64,000 nt of DNA from Saccostrea cucullata (Eukaryota), in assembly GCF_032062105.1 (NCBI RefSeq), contig NW_026929140.1:62001-126000 (forward strand), in the 5' to 3' direction. Positions 1 to 12,653 of the stretch are shown here, piece after piece. How positions within the stretch are numbered: position 1 is the first letter of the stretch; every line of letters starts with the position of its first letter. A model generated the notes under the pieces. That model worked only from the letters and a program-made list of their open reading frames with translations. It did not search any database and had not been told where the DNA came from. A program made the translations under genes and the position numbers.

Positions 1-59
1 ATCAATTCAGGTTATATTTTTTTTAAAGTTATTTAATCTAATTCAAATCATGTACTCAC

Positions 60-74
60 ACTTTTGGTCAGATT
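60..74 (-). CDS. Gene A 15-nt microexon (ESDQK+)
   Basis: Minus strand reads gcacag|AATCTGACCAAAAGT|gtgagt; phase 1-1; same size and position as the gene C microexon at 59173-59187. Confidence 0.75.
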
Positions 75-3000
75 CTGTGCAGCAAAGTAGAAGAAAAAGG
101 GTGTGTGTTAAATAGTGAACCTTAAGCAAAGCAAGTCTCATCATAAAATTTAACTATGTATGAGGGTTGTCCCGTAAATTAAATCGTGGACAAGTTGTCT
201 AGTGTGAAAAATAAACATCACTGAGTTCTGAAATTTTCACTATTATTTAGTACATATTGTAGCTAGTAATATACACAGCAAATTTCAGATAAAGATATGC
301 ATAAATAATCAAATCATGAGGTTTTATGACATGTATTGTATCACCTTACATTACATGGATTATAACGTCAAAGTGTTTAAAACAGCGTCACGTTTTATCT
401 TTGCTGAAAATGAAGTTGGATGAGTCCGACTTAAATTTAGGAATTTCATTGATTCACATTCTTTAGTCTCCTTAAACAGCCGATGAACCAGTTGCCTTCC
501 TCATGCGATCTTCTGAAGATTTATTAGTACGTTACGGACAATATTCTCACCATCATTCAACTAATATAAAATCTCATATCGGCAGTCTACTGTGACAGCG
601 TCTTTTGCTATTACATTAGGATTTTGTCCGTATATTTTGTACTCCCCAGGGACTCGATCAAAAAACAACTTCGCTAAGAAAACTCCTATTTCATTTGTAT
701 ACTTAAGATATGGTGATATTTTTATAATCTTTTTTCTTCTATGGTCATTTCAAGTCTCTTAAGAAGTCATTACAACATCGAATTAAAAGTGAACTGTTCT
801 CCGGTGCGCCGTTTCGTCATACAAATGTAAAACGTCGCCATTTTTCGTGTGTTGTGTTTACCACTTTCCCATTTCGAATGCGCGAGAAACTGCCAAAAAT
901 TAACCAAATGTCTTAAATTTTTTACAAAGACTACAAAATTTATTGTGAAATTTAATTAGGATAATTTAAATCCAAATCTTATGTATTTAAAACTTTTATT
1001 TTGAATTCAAAATTGTGTATTATTTAATAAAACTTTGGTTTGTTTGACAGTGCACCCTAGGACAATACCCCGTGCACATTCAAGCATAATAAATTCTTTA
1101 TTTTTGCCTATATCTTATCAAAAAAATTATCATGCAATTAAATCTGATAAATAAACATTTACTGACATTTTCAGCTTAGTGCGCCCATTACTTTTCGAGA
1201 AAAACGTTTTGTCCACGATTTTCGGGACAACCCTTGTAGTTCCCCCGTCCGACGAATTTATGCATTTAGTAGTATTTACAGCAGATGTTTTTTTCAAATG
1301 CTTTACAACAATTTTTCCGAAGGTGAAGTTGACTCTATAGAAAACAATCTCTCAAGAAAACAACCCATAGGATAATTTTAAACGTATATATACTGTAGGT
1401 AAGGCTTCCACTAATGGGGAAATAATTGGTAATTTCAAATTCAATCAGCGTTTTGTTCAGCATGAAAAATGTATAGGATTCCGTATCAATTACTTTTTAT
1501 GATCTTTTTTCTCTTTTCTCTTCAGCATTTTTCGTATATGGGTATAAATCGTCAAAAACTAGTCATTCATAAAAGCCAGCCCAGTACTAATTTCTTTTTA
1601 AAATTAAAAGTTTCTCACAACTCGAGCAATAAAAGAATTGCCTTTGGAAGAATTGTGCAATGTCATCTGGAAGCATTCTATATACTAGAGATACAACCCA
1701 TAATTATCAACATGTGAACATTTCCTGTAGACAGAATGCTAAAAATCTTAATCCTTGAGAAAAGGCTTTACCACTCAGTGAGAAGAAACACTGAACAGAA
1801 AAAAACTTCTTATTTAATCATTAGAGTTTACTTTTTAGTAAATTGTTCTAGAGATTCATCAGGAAGGTTTAGTACATGTACATATATATGCTACTGGTTT
1901 ATAATTGTAGCAAAAATGATATTAAACTTACCAAAACAATAAGCAGAGTTACAGCAATTGACTTGGGGAAGTTGATAAACAATGTAGGAACTGCAGTTTT
2001 TCACGCTTATATCGATTTCTTGTGAGCATGGATTTGCAGTTCCAACCTTGCAAACTGTAACATTTTTCATTTCATTTGTAGAAGGATGATCACCTATAGA
2101 AATAGAGATATAACAATAAATGAAAACGTTTCTTTTCGAAGAGGTACAACAAGAAGAAATATCAATGGAACTGGAAAGCATAAACAATGGTCTGTCATTG
2201 TCATACACACTCCCTCACATATAAAGAAAGGGAGAAAGACTAAGACATAGGGCGGCGATGAACATGTCAGGTAACAACCAATGACTCAGGTACATTTACC
2301 TCTGAAGATTAATAGATTAGGCGCGGTGTGCAATTTGATATTCAAATAAAATGTCTTTTGAGAGACAAGGTATAAGAAAATAAAAAAAACGAGTTTTTGA
2401 AAAATATTCTTTTCATTTAACTTAATGCTATATTCAATGAAATATTTTTTTCAATAGAGAACAATCTCCAAGAAAAATATTGAGGGACAAAATAGGTAGT
2501 TAATTTATAAGATTTTATGCTCGTACCTTTTTAGTACTATATATAACAACGACATATCTAGATGTTAATAAAAATTAAGGGGTCGCATGTAGAAACTGTA
2601 ACAAGTCCTTAATTTTTATTCTATCATAAAAAATGAAAGCTTTATCAAAACGATATATCTTCCATATCAATACACATACTGATGTGTGAAGGATATAGAG
2701 ATAACGAACAGTATTCAACATCAAAGTCCATCAAACAATACAAAATAGGAGCAGTGCAACACGGACCTCTAAAACATCTAAGGTGGGATCAGGTGCCAGG
2801 AGGAGTGAGTATCCCCTGCTGACCGGTCTCATCCGCCTTGTGCTCCTTGTCATGAATTCATGAATTGTCGTCAATTCAGTGTACACATAATGGACTTACA
2901 ATAAGTATGAAAAACGTCAGTCAGCATTTGACTCATTCATAAATTGTATTTGCTGACAAGGTTCTTGTATCGATCAAAGAACTAACGAAATGATGTCCTT

Positions 3001-6000
3001 AAAGGAGACTGCTGATATTCTTGTTTCATCAACTTGTTTGTCAATATTTTACCTCATTTTAGAAATTATTCATACGTAGTGCGTATCGAATCAGCTTTTA
3101 AAATATAACTCATGGATTCTGTTCACTATCATTCGTCTGAAATATTACCTGCAAACGAAGCAGAACATTTCACTATCTCTAATATGAAAAATGTTTATAG
3201 TCTTACCATTTAACCAGACTGGATAATTTGTCCCACAAGATCCGAGAGCAGGTGGAGATGTTGGCATTTTAAGATACCCTGCCCTATACCACCCAGTAGT
3301 CAGGTGTTTGTCACAGAGAGGCATCACATCCTGATTGTAGGATGGACTTCTTTTCAGTAGGTCTGAGATTTCATTGTAGGAAGTACAGGGATCATCTTCA
3401 TCTAAATGTTATAATAAAAATATATATGTTGTAATAAGAATGTTCAGTGGAATTATTGAAACCATTGAAAAGGGTTTTTTTTCCTTCGAGATCGTATTTG
3501 TCCAAAATCTCTACGGTCAAAAAACAACAAAACTTTGATTTGAGTAATGCCTAGAATTTAATAGAAATTTCAAACATACTTCTTTATAGATAATTTGTAA
3601 ATTAATTTAAAACAAAAACTTAAAAAAACTAATAACCTTGAATGCTTGTATAAGAAATGCTATTTATTAATTCGTGTTTAAGAAGAATTTATCAACATCA
3701 ACATAATAAAATATGCCACTTACACGTTTGACAGACATCCCAAATAGCGACAATAATCATCAGAAACACATTTTTCAATTTTGATAAACACAACCTGTAA
3801 AAGAGATAATTCTGTGAACATCATTTGAACCTCAATTTCATATTCACCTACTGTAAGTTGTCTTCTATTACTTTTCTTAAGTGTTTATTTTGATAACTAT
3901 ACATACATACTAGACTTAATTGCATTTATCACCATATTGTGATAAATGTCTTTAATTCCAGTGAAAGTGCGATAACTCTTGTAGCCTTATTCCCGAAATT
4001 CAAGCTTTCGTAAGACCATGAATATGAATTAAATCAAGCCCTCAGCGATACTGATTTAGATCATTCTGGAAAAAGAGCGTGGAAGCAGACAGACATTTTA
4101 AAAATATTTCAGAGACTTTTAGTCTAATATCGTGAATATCCACTGTCATCGAAACTCCAGAGGTTGCTACAATGCCTCCAAAAACAAGGAAGAGGGGGCG
4201 CAAGGAAGGACAATGGAGCTCCGATGGTTCGAAAAGAAAAAGAAAACCGAGCAGTAGGGATGGGGTCGATTACTTTCAAAAGTAATCGATTAAATTACAA
4301 TTACTTTGGATTTTAAAAGTAATCGATTATAGGCTGATTACAGACAGAAAGTAAACAATTACTTCTGATTACTTTTCCTTCATGTAATCATGATTACTTC
4401 TGATTACTTTAGATTACACTAAGTTTTAATTTTTTGCTTAATATTCAAGGACGTCATGTTTTTATTCTTCCTATTTTAAATATCATTAATATTTTTAAGG
4501 TAGATTTCAGACAAAGTTTGGTTGTATATGTATTTATATAGATGCCTGATATTTATCTTATATCACCTGATTTCTATCTTTAATACAAGTGAATACTTTG
4601 TTACTATTGAGAGAATTAGAAAGAAGAATTTATTAAAGTTTTCTTTAATAAATCAAACTGGACATAATGATAGGTAGGGATAAAGGGATTCGATAGGGAG
4701 CTGTTACACAAGTAATTGCCCTTCTTGACAGTGATGGACTTTTCAATTAAACTGCCAATTATTACCTGGTAGATGTTTTTACTAGAATTAACACATTGAC
4801 TGGGCAAGCATGAAGAGTTCAATAATTGTTATTACCCAAGCTGACTCAACTTTAGTATACCTGTGTTTTATGACTAATTAATTCACATTATCTTTTTATG
4901 TACACTGTAAATCAAGCAAAGTGAATTTTAGAATACGCCTCAATAAAGGAACATTTGTTATGAATTTTTTTTTTTCAAAGACTTACCGAGAAAACAAATT
5001 GTTGCATTACACGCATCTTCATTAATTGAAACAAACTTTAAAATGATTCTGTAGTAATTTCTATCAGTATATACATATATCTTGTCAAAAAATAGTGAAT
5101 TGCTAAGCTGCCTAAGTATTTTGAACTGACTACTAAATATAGCAAGGAACTGATAGAATTTACTCAATGCCTGGACAATGGACCTGATTATAAGCATTTC
5201 TGGAGGCGTTAGAAGACACTTAATTAAATATAGCTTAACAACCTTTTTTAATAAACAATTTTGTAAACTTGAAAATCATCAAAAAACATGATTTTATGAA
5301 CTTTGTTTTTTATAATTGTAATCGTAAAGTAATCAAAAAAGTAATCATGATTACAGGACTTTTTTCCAGAGTAATTGATTAAATAACGATTACTTGTAAT
5401 CAGAAAAATGGGTGATTACTGATTACTCATGATTACTTGGCAAACTGTAATCGATTACAGCTGATTACGATTACTGATTACGATTACCCCATCCCTGCCG
5501 AGCAGACGGTTTGTCGAAGCGCAAAGTCAAAGTGATGGGCCCCTGAATTCAGACAAACCAGAGAGCGAGGCAGCACCGGCAGTGCCCTCATTAGATGAAA
5601 GTGTTAGTAACCAGAGGGAACAGGGTCCACTACAGCCGAACAAGGTATAGGGCCAGGTATAAACATTGATTTCAATAAAAATTTGCACGAAGCGAGAAGC
5701 TTGGACACGAATCGGTCGGGCTCGTTTAATTCTGTAGCTCAATGTATAGGGGGTCTTTCGACTGGGGAACAGGTGCAGGTTACAAGTAGTCGCCCATCGA
5801 CTGAAATTAGCATTTGTGACCCTATAGGCAGCCGTGTGCCTGTAGCCATTCGAGAAAAAATATGGACAGGTTCTTACATAGATCTGGCATTATTGTTAAA
5901 ACAGGCTCATGACCTTAGGACAGACCCTAACATTACTGGGGAGCTTGTGATCAAAAATGGCCAATGAGTTGTCGAAAAACAACGCTTGAAGTCAATAAAT

Positions 6001-9000
6001 AATATACACACTTGGACTAACGCGTTTATTATATACATGTCAATATACCTTGAGATGTTTCACGGGAAAGCCCAAGAAATGATTAATTATATGCATTGTA
6101 TTCGATTGGCCGCTAGTAGACAAGGTCATTTGGGTTGGTCAAAGTATGATGAGCAATTTCGCTTAAAAAAAGAGAGGTACTCTACTTCATCATGGGGGGG
6201 GGGTGGATTTTGAATTGTGGGTAATGTTGATAACACCGGGGCAGCCAGAACAATCTGCTTCACAAACATCTCATATGGGCATACTTTCAGGAAACGCTGG
6301 GGGTATTTCCTTTCGCACCCGGACTCAAACAACATATCCCGGAACAACAACCCAAGGCGGGAGGTCCGGATTCAACCAGGGCTATAACATTAATAAACCA
6401 CAGTCACCAAGGTCTGTTGGCAACTGCTTTGCCTTTAATAGGGGCTCATGCTCATTTAATCCCTGCAGGTTTAGACACAGATGCACAAACTGTGGGGGAC
6501 CTCACCCCGGAATCAAATGCTCCTTCAGTCAGAAATAATGCCGATACAACTCTATATGACCTTGCTACCACACCCATTAATTACACCCAACTGTACAACG
6601 AATTACAGTCATACCCTTTCAATACAGAGAAACAGCAACTGTTAGATGGTTTTAAATTTGGTTTTCCGCTGCACTACGCCGGCCCTAGTACTTACAGGGA
6701 GGCAAGAAATCTTAAATCGGCCAGAGTAGCCTCTCAAGTTGTAGAGCAAAAACTCTCTAAAGAAGTCACCTTGGGTAGGATGGCTGGTCCTTTTCACGAT
6801 GTTCCTTTACCCACACTTCGCGTATCACCAGTAGGCCTTGTGCCCAAAAAAGATGGGGATTTTCGTTTCATTCATCACTTGTCCTACCCAGACTTCGATT
6901 CAGTTAATTATTTTATTGACCCGAACATTTGCACTGTGAAGTATAGCAATCTAGACGAAGCAGTATCAATGATACATGAATTGGGACGGGGTACCTTATT
7001 GGCCAAAACTGACCTTAAGAGTGCATTCCGCCTGTTGCCCATTTACCCAGGGGACTTTGACCTTTTAGGCATCAAATGCAATGGAAAATATTATTATGAC
7101 AAATGTTTGCCATTTTGGTTCCAAGCTTTCTTGTGCCTTATTTAATCAGTTTAGTACATTCTTGCATTAGCTCATTAGTAAAAAATCAAATAATCAAAAC
7201 CTAATACATTATCTTGATGATTTTGTATTTGCAGGAAAAGCAAGTGACTGTATTTGTAAACATACTCTTGATACATTTCATCAGGCCTGTGCTGTTCTGG
7301 GGGTCCCAATAGCTAATGACAAGACGGTAGAACCCACAACATGTTTGACATTTCTAGGAGTGGAATTTGATACTGTATCTATGATTATGCGCTTACCACA
7401 AGACAAGTTGACTGAGCTACGTACTAAAATTCAAAACACTTTAAAGGCCAAAAAGGTTACTTTACGAGACCTACAGTCTATAATAGGGTTATTGAATTTT
7501 GCTTGTCAGGTAGTTGCAGCAGGTAAAGCTTTTATTAAGAGACTCATTGATGCCACGATAGGTGTAAGGAAGGCAAAACACGTAATAAGAGTAACATCTT
7601 CTATGAAATTAGACTGAGTTATGTGGCTCGATTTCCTTAACCATTATAATGGAGTGACCCTCTTTCCTGAGAGACTATGAGTCTCCAATGATACTCTCCA
7701 GTTATATACAGATAGTGTAGGGGGTAGGTCGGGGGGATTTGGAATATTTTTTCAGAATAGGTAGGCTTTTGGTAGATGGCCTCAGCATTGGTCGGAAACA
7801 GGAAGGCTGCGTGACATGACATTTCTTGAGTTGTTCCCTGTGGTAGCAGCTATATTAGTGTGGGGTTATCAGTTGGCTAATAAAAAGATATTATTCCATA
7901 TTGACAATCAATCAGTTGAACACATAGTCAACAAACAAACTTCTAAATCTGAAGACGTTATGAAACTGGTTAGGAAACTTGTGCTTAATATCCTTTATTT
8001 TAACATAAGATTTAAGGCAGAGTACATAGATACCAAATCAAACGCAATTGCAGATTCTATTTCTCGTTGCCAGTGGCGTCGTTTTCGGGATTTGGCTCCA
8101 CAAGCAGACCCAGCACCTATCCAGTTGCCCCTAGAAATCTGGGAGATTTGACTTTGGAAACCAATAAACTGTTAAAGGCCTCTATGGCTGAGAATACATG
8201 GCACACATATAAGGCTGCTTTCGAAAGTTTCAATCATTTCAGGTATTTGTTTGGTTTTCCGTCTACTTGGCCAGCTCCGGTAGATCATGTAGTTCATTTT
8301 ATAGCTTATATGTCAGCTGAGGGGAAAACACCTGGATCTATTAAGACATACATTTCGGGCTTGTCATACATGCACAAAATTCATGGTTTTGCAGACGTCA
8401 CAAAATCTTTTATTGTTTCAAAATTGGAAGGGGCTGCAAGGCTTGTGCCAAAACAAGATACACGAGCCCCTATTACTTTAGAGATACTGGTAGCACTTCT
8501 ACAGGCTTTAGAGAAGGTCTGTTCCTCCAGTTATGAAGGTAACCTTTTTAAGGCTGTCTTTTGCTTGGCATTTTTTGGCTTCTTAAGAGTAGGCGAATTG
8601 ACCTGTAAATCACTAAGAGGACGGGACTCACGACCTTTGCAACAAAGCGACATTGACATCATTCAAATCAACGAACAAAAGCAGGTTAGGCTGACTATAA
8701 GACAATCAAAAACAGACCAATTACGTAAAAGGCTACCTTGTTTTTGTCTAGTACAGAAGGGCCAGCTTGTCCTGTTTCTATTATAAGTAAATTTTCAGGG
8801 CTTCTGACTCAAGGCACACCAAGTGCTAATCAATTCCTGGTGCATTTTGATGGTAAGCCTTTCAGACGTTACCAGTTTTCTGCCCTTTTAGTCAAAACTT
8901 AACAATTCTGTAACATTATGAATTGGCATTTTAGGTCACACTCGTTTCGCATAGGGGCGGCAACCGAGGCAGCAATGAGGGGCATACCTGATCAAATAAT

Positions 9001-12000
9001 CAAAGAATGGGGCAGGTGGAAGTCGGGGGGCATACTCTTTATACATAAGATTCACTTAATTTTTTTTTCCTAACAAATTAACTCGATTTATTAATAATAA
9101 AACAGCATTAACATTTCGTGGCACGCGTTTGTCGCAATCTATTAGTACATTATAATGAAAGTAAACCGGCGGAATCCAGGGAATCGCTACCTGCCTACCG
9201 GGATGCCCTCCCTACTAGCCTGGCGCGATAGCGCCCCCACAGGAAAAATTACTGTGGTGGGAACAGTCCTCTTGGAACCGAAGAGTGACCGCCACATACG
9301 AATAGGGATTTCAAGTTCTGACCCAGGTCCTCTCTCTATGCTGTCTCCCCTGGTACAAAACAACATGGGGATAACACCCCCAGGGGTAGCTGGGTACCTT
9401 AGACCCCCAAAACCTGCCCCTGGTCCCACAAGGGTCAAGGCGGTCCCTCAGGTGCCGCTGAGGTAACCCCCAAATCTTTCCCAGTACTGAGGATAGATAA
9501 CCCAGAGTTTTGAGCCAGACATGGTAGAAATCCTCATTCGTGGTAATCCCCGAACTCCGCCAAATGAACTTGTCTATACAAGTTCACCCGCCATGAACGC
9601 GGTGTGTACCCTATACGCCTACGCCTATAATGCTTTCACCCACCGATCCTTCCATGTAACATATCAAGGTCATAAATGCAAATATAAACATATCTATATA
9701 CACATACAAATAAAGGTTAATTGTTTGAAAATCATGTTATCGAGCTGTGTCATCTGGGAATACCTCTACATCCCTCTGATTGTCTAAAAAGGCTTCGAGA
9801 CCACCCTGCAAACTATTGAGAAACACAGAATTTCCTAAATCATTTAAATGTGTGCCATCATATCTTAACAGCTCTTTTTGGACAAAAGTAATTGTTATTG
9901 GATATCTGATGACCCTACCCCCTTCTGCTTTAAGGAATTGCTTAACTCTGCGGTTTACATCTTTTCGCATAGAATCGACTTTGGATGCAGATTTAGCATT
10001 GTGCCAGTATAAACGTGGTAACATATCAGACATGTTTGGAGCCAGTAACTTGCAACGAAGGAAGGAGCATTTGATATTTTCATAAAGTAGTCTTCCAGGC
10101 ACAATGCCTAGTTCATTAGAACTCAAGTGAACCACCAAATAATTTGGTGGAGGATTAGATTTCAGTTTAGTTTCAAAAAAGGTCTCAGTACTGGGAAAGA
10201 TTTGGGGGTTACCTCAGCGGCACCTGAGGGACCGCCTTGACCCTTGTGGGACCAGGGGCAGGTTTTGGGGGTCTAAGGTACTCAGCTACCCCTGGGGGTG
10301 TTATCCCCATGTTGTTTTGTACCAGGGGAGACAGCATAGAGAGAGGACCTGGGTCAGAACTTGAAATCCCTATTCGTATGTGGCGGTCACTCTTCGGTTA
10401 TAAGAGGTCTGTTCCCACCACAGTTATTTTTCCTGTGGGGGCGCTATCGCGCCAGGTTAGTAGGGAGGACATCTCGGTAGGCAGGTAGCGATTCCCTGGA
10501 TTCCGCCGGTTTACTTTCATATATTATGTATAAATAGATTGCGACAAACGCGTGCCACGAAATGTTGATGCTATTTTATTATTAATAAATCGAGTTAATT
10601 TGATATGTTGTTTATAGTTTTGTGTCTGGAATTAACTTATTCTTATATCAATCAACATTCTTTAGTAGGAATTGATTTTTAGTTATTTAAAACACAATAT
10701 CCTATTAAAATGAAAACAAAATTGAACTACCCTTCAAAATAAACAAGATATGTAATAATTTTCAGCCGAAAACTGTCCATCATGTCAGATATTATACGAC
10801 TCGTTGGAGGCTTATAACTTACTTAACGTTTCCTATCATATTAGGACAACATTTTCGAACCTGAAATATCCACCATGAATTAAATACAATGAAACTGATT
10901 CAAAGTAGTTTAGAGTAGAAAAGGATTTTCCAGGAGAATTTTTTTGAAATAAAATTAGTTGAGCAGTAATCAATTAATGAAGAATGCTTTAAGATCTATG
11001 GAGGCAAACATATTTAAAAAAAATAATAATATCTTAAGAATATCAAAAGTGGTATAGCAGAAAGGATTGATTTTTATTGATGAAAAGCAGGGGGGTTGGT
11101 TAACTCTTCAAGGATTGGTCAAGGTTCAAAAATAGGACGCATTCCATTCTTAAATATTGGTAATAAAACATGAAGATCACGTCTACATATAATGAGTATT
11201 CAGCCAATATGTATCTGTTGTGCATTCAGATTCATTGAATCTTACGCAATTATGGATCAGATACCTTAAATTATTTCACTAATGTCGAACATTTCCATTG
11301 TTAAAGCCGCTTGGTCCGATTCAAATCGCTAAAAATATATATTCGATTTTCTTCTTGAGAAATAATTGTCCATAAATTGTTTCAACTTTTGGCAAATTAT
11401 ATCCCCAAAGTCCTTTTCTTTTAAAAGATATCAAAATTCAAAAGTTAAAAAAATAATTTTTGTTGGGTCACACAAAAAATAATCCTATGTTGATCATTGT
11501 TGATATTGCGTGAAGTCACCTTCGAAAAATTAAATTTATCGCTTACATGTTTATCTCATGAAGAACGAACCCGAGCATTTTTTTCACAACAAAGTACATA
11601 TATATAACCTGCACATATAATTATATAGCTCTTTTCAAAAAACAATCATTTAAAATATTTCATCTTCCTTTATTCTTTAAATATGCATATTAATATAAAA
11701 ATTACTATATAGATTATATTCAATTAAATTCTAAATTTTGAAAAGATGTATTATGACTAAGGCTTCTTATAATAGAGAAAAAAATACTCGGGTTTGAATT
11801 ATCTTCATTATTAGATATATCCGATAAACTTTTTTTTTTTCAAAATTGACTTCACAACAGATCTAAACTTCCGTCAGGAACTACTGTTTGTCAATAAGGT
11901 TTATGATCTGCGTTTTCCATGTAAGGATTGTTGTAATAAACTATTAAATCAATCTTATACTTTCTTTTTATACATTATCTATGTAATGAAGTACTTTTAT

Positions 12001-12622
12001 TGTGCAAGATAATTTGTGCCTGTTTCGGGTTAAGCGGCTTTAACTTATTGTACCCCCACAGGTCTCGCTCTGTTTCAATGAATACCTGGCACTGTTCATC
12101 AAGTTAGGCCGGCTAGAGTACTTTTTAACTAGCAGGAATCATTGGGCCTTGTTTTATTACGTTGAAAAATATGAACATTAACTTAAGTCTTATTTATCCG
12201 CATTGCGAGATTTTTAAATGCTACGCACGCGTGAAGGTTAGGTCTATTAAATTCTTGACAATTTATTCATTTACAACGCAACAACCACATGCACGTTGAC
12301 AACGTACATTTTTAAACAAAGACTTCTTCAGATTAAACCGGTCACGGTAGCCTAGTAGTAGACCGTTCGAATCGTGATCGGGAGGCCCGGGTTCGATTCT
12401 CGTTCGCGGCGCCGCGTCATACCTAAGACTTAAACAAAGGTAGTGACTGTTCCTTCGCCAAGCACTCGGCACTAGAAGTGAAAGTCACGGGTCTTTCGGA
12501 TATGACCTTAAAAAACGTAGGTCCCGTGTCACGGTAGGCGCTGGCACGATAAAAAACCCTCACTGCTCAATGGCCCTGAGTGCCGAGTATAGGTTTAAAA
12601 GTGAAGCCCTTCACCGGCATAC

Positions 12623-12653
<31 letters not shown>

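Larger units (their letters stand above)
3915..10602 (+). mobile_element. Ngaro-type (DIRS order) tyrosine-recombinase retrotransposon, decayed and internally rearranged
   Basis: Overlapping gag (C-terminal Cys/His finger CFAFNRGSCSFNPCRFRHRCTNCGGPH), RT/RNase H and YR ORFs; no methyltransferase; carries an SGNH-hydrolase ORF. The 3' terminus is ...aataaatcgagttaatttg at 10602. The 5' boundary is approximate. Confidence 0.85.

Noticed and set aside
10209-10260. Possible pseudoknot or ribozyme in the Ngaro terminal repeat (cctcag/ctgagg stem with ccgc downstream)
   Set aside because: The second stem is only 3-4 bp and I found no HDV or hammerhead catalytic core.
9155-10488. ORFs 9155-9466, 9187-9438 and 10237-10488 (near-identical 83-aa peptides)
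   Set aside because: Products of the GC-rich terminal repeat present twice; no protein motifs.
12337-12410. tRNA-like sequence (also at 35150-35220 and 39590-39660)
   Set aside because: No intact acceptor stem, anticodon differs among copies, and each is followed by a SINE body, tail and TSD; these are SINE heads.
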